Positions 63,131-64,000 of a DNA stretch of 64,000 bases are shown here, in pieces. A program made the translations under genes and the position numbers. The notes beneath the pieces were generated by a model. That model saw only the letters and a program-made list of their open reading frames with translations, had not been told where the DNA came from and did not search any database. The first letter of the stretch is position 1; each line of letters begins with the position of its first letter. Location of the stretch: positions 320,001 to 384,000 of the forward strand of contig JAWLHJ010000001.1 in assembly GCA_041690395.1 (NCBI GenBank). The letters are read 5' to 3'. The stretch is from Longimicrobiales bacterium (GTDB lineage Bacteria > Gemmatimonadota > Gemmatimonadetes > Longimicrobiales > Gaopeijiaceae).

Positions 63131-64000
63131 GCCGATCCTGCTCCGACCCGCTCCAGGACCCGCTTCGCGTGCATCAGGTCGTCCTCTTCCTGCGGGATGT
63201 CCACGATCAGCGCGCGATCCCCCATGGTGAAGTACTGCGCCAGCTCGTCGGCGACCCGGTCGTAGCTGCCCACCAAATAAGGGCAGAACGTCGAATACTG
63301 CTTGAACGGATGCAGCCAGTACGGGGAGCGCGTGGCCATGTCGCCGCCGTCGTCCGCGGCCGCCGCGTCCTGCGAGAGCTGCTTGTGCCACTGCGAGTCC
63401 GACGTCTTCATCGCGAGGTCGTGCATGATCTGGCCCCTGCGGTCCTCCGGGAAGCGCGCCTCCGCCTCCGTCCACGCAGACGCCGCGTCGTCACGCGCGA
63501 CGATCCCCACGCGCAACCCCATCTGCACGCCCTCGGGGCGCTCGACGCTGGTCTCCTCCTTCTCGGGATCCTGGGGATAGCGGATGGCCGTCGCCCCGAT
63601 CGCGCGTGCCGTCGTCAGCGCCGCAGCCGAGGATCCGGACATCAGAACCACCGGAAACAGCTCCTCCGGCAGCTTCGGCGTGAGCTTCAGGTTCTTCACC
63701 TGATAGTGATCTCCGTCGAGGGTCACCGATTCGCCCCGCAGCAGCCCCATCACGATCTGCCCGTACTCCGTGATGCGCGCGTAGCGGTCGTCGTGCGGTG
63801 TCTCGTCGCCCATCGCGATCAGGTCGTTGCGGAAGCCGCCCGCCACCAGGTTCAGCGACATCCGCCGCCCGTGCAGGAACGACAGCGACGCCACCATCTT
63901 GGCGACGGAGTAGGGATGCATGTACGCCGGCTGCACGGCCACCAGGGGCGAGAGCCGCTCCGTGCGCTCGAGCACGATCTGCGCGAGCAGCCACGGGTCC
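63127..64000 (-). CDS. LLM-class flavin-dependent monooxygenase, 5' end outside window
   Basis: DPWLLAQ, LVAVQPAYMHP, LNLVAGG, RYAR..EY, MSGSS, LVGSYDRVA. Confidence 0.87.
   Translation of the reverse strand, partial: DPWLLAQIVLERTERLSPLVAVQPAYMHPYSVAKMVASLSFLHGRRMSLNLVAGGFRNDLIAMGDETPHDDRYARITEYGQIVMGLLRGESVTLDGDHYQVKNLKLTPKLPEELFPVVLMSGSSAAALTTARAIGATAIRYPQDPEKEETSVERPEGVQMGLRVGIVARDDAASAWTEAEARFPEDRRGQIMHDLAMKTSDSQWHKQLSQDAAAADDGGDMATRSPYWLHPFKQYSTFCPYLVGSYDRVADELAQYFTMGDRALIVDIPQEEDDLMHAKRVLERVGAGSA

Noticed and set aside
21886..64000. Bioluminescence system (luxCE-like plus luciferase-like gene)
   Set aside because: The LLM is about 39 kb away in another operon and looks like a generic monooxygenase; no luxD, luxG or luxA/luxB pair.

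Overview
A very GC-rich, gene-dense bacterial chromosomal window. Gene content (exported hydrolases, beta-propeller lipoprotein, DUF5916-type outer-membrane protein, YpdA, alternative complex III) suggests a Gemmatimonadota-like organism; this is inference. Two selenoprotein genes are split by the ORF caller at in-frame TGA codons, each followed by a SECIS-like hairpin: selD (HGAG-U-ACK) and a lipoprotein peroxiredoxin-like protein (W-U-PYC). Other content: a Lon protease with an acidic insertion and a histone-H1-like KKxPA tail; a luxE/luxC-like pair without luxAB or luxD; a MoxR-DUF58-transglutaminase operon ending in a SCO-PCuAC fusion, divergent from a full actABCDEF operon; a CocE hydrolase-TctCBA unit; and a TIGR03545/TIGR03546-like pair. 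A minimal cellulose-synthase-like locus (GT2 without PilZ, TPR/beta-barrel protein, GH8) lies between two inverted copies of a 176-bp element and downstream of a co-directional luciferase-like monooxygenase/formyltransferase cluster. Two intergenic REPIN/MITE-like families with palindromic ends are present (three ~146-bp copies, two 176-bp copies). No rRNA, tRNA, CRISPR array or transposase was recognised. All family calls come from motifs read by eye, not database searches.
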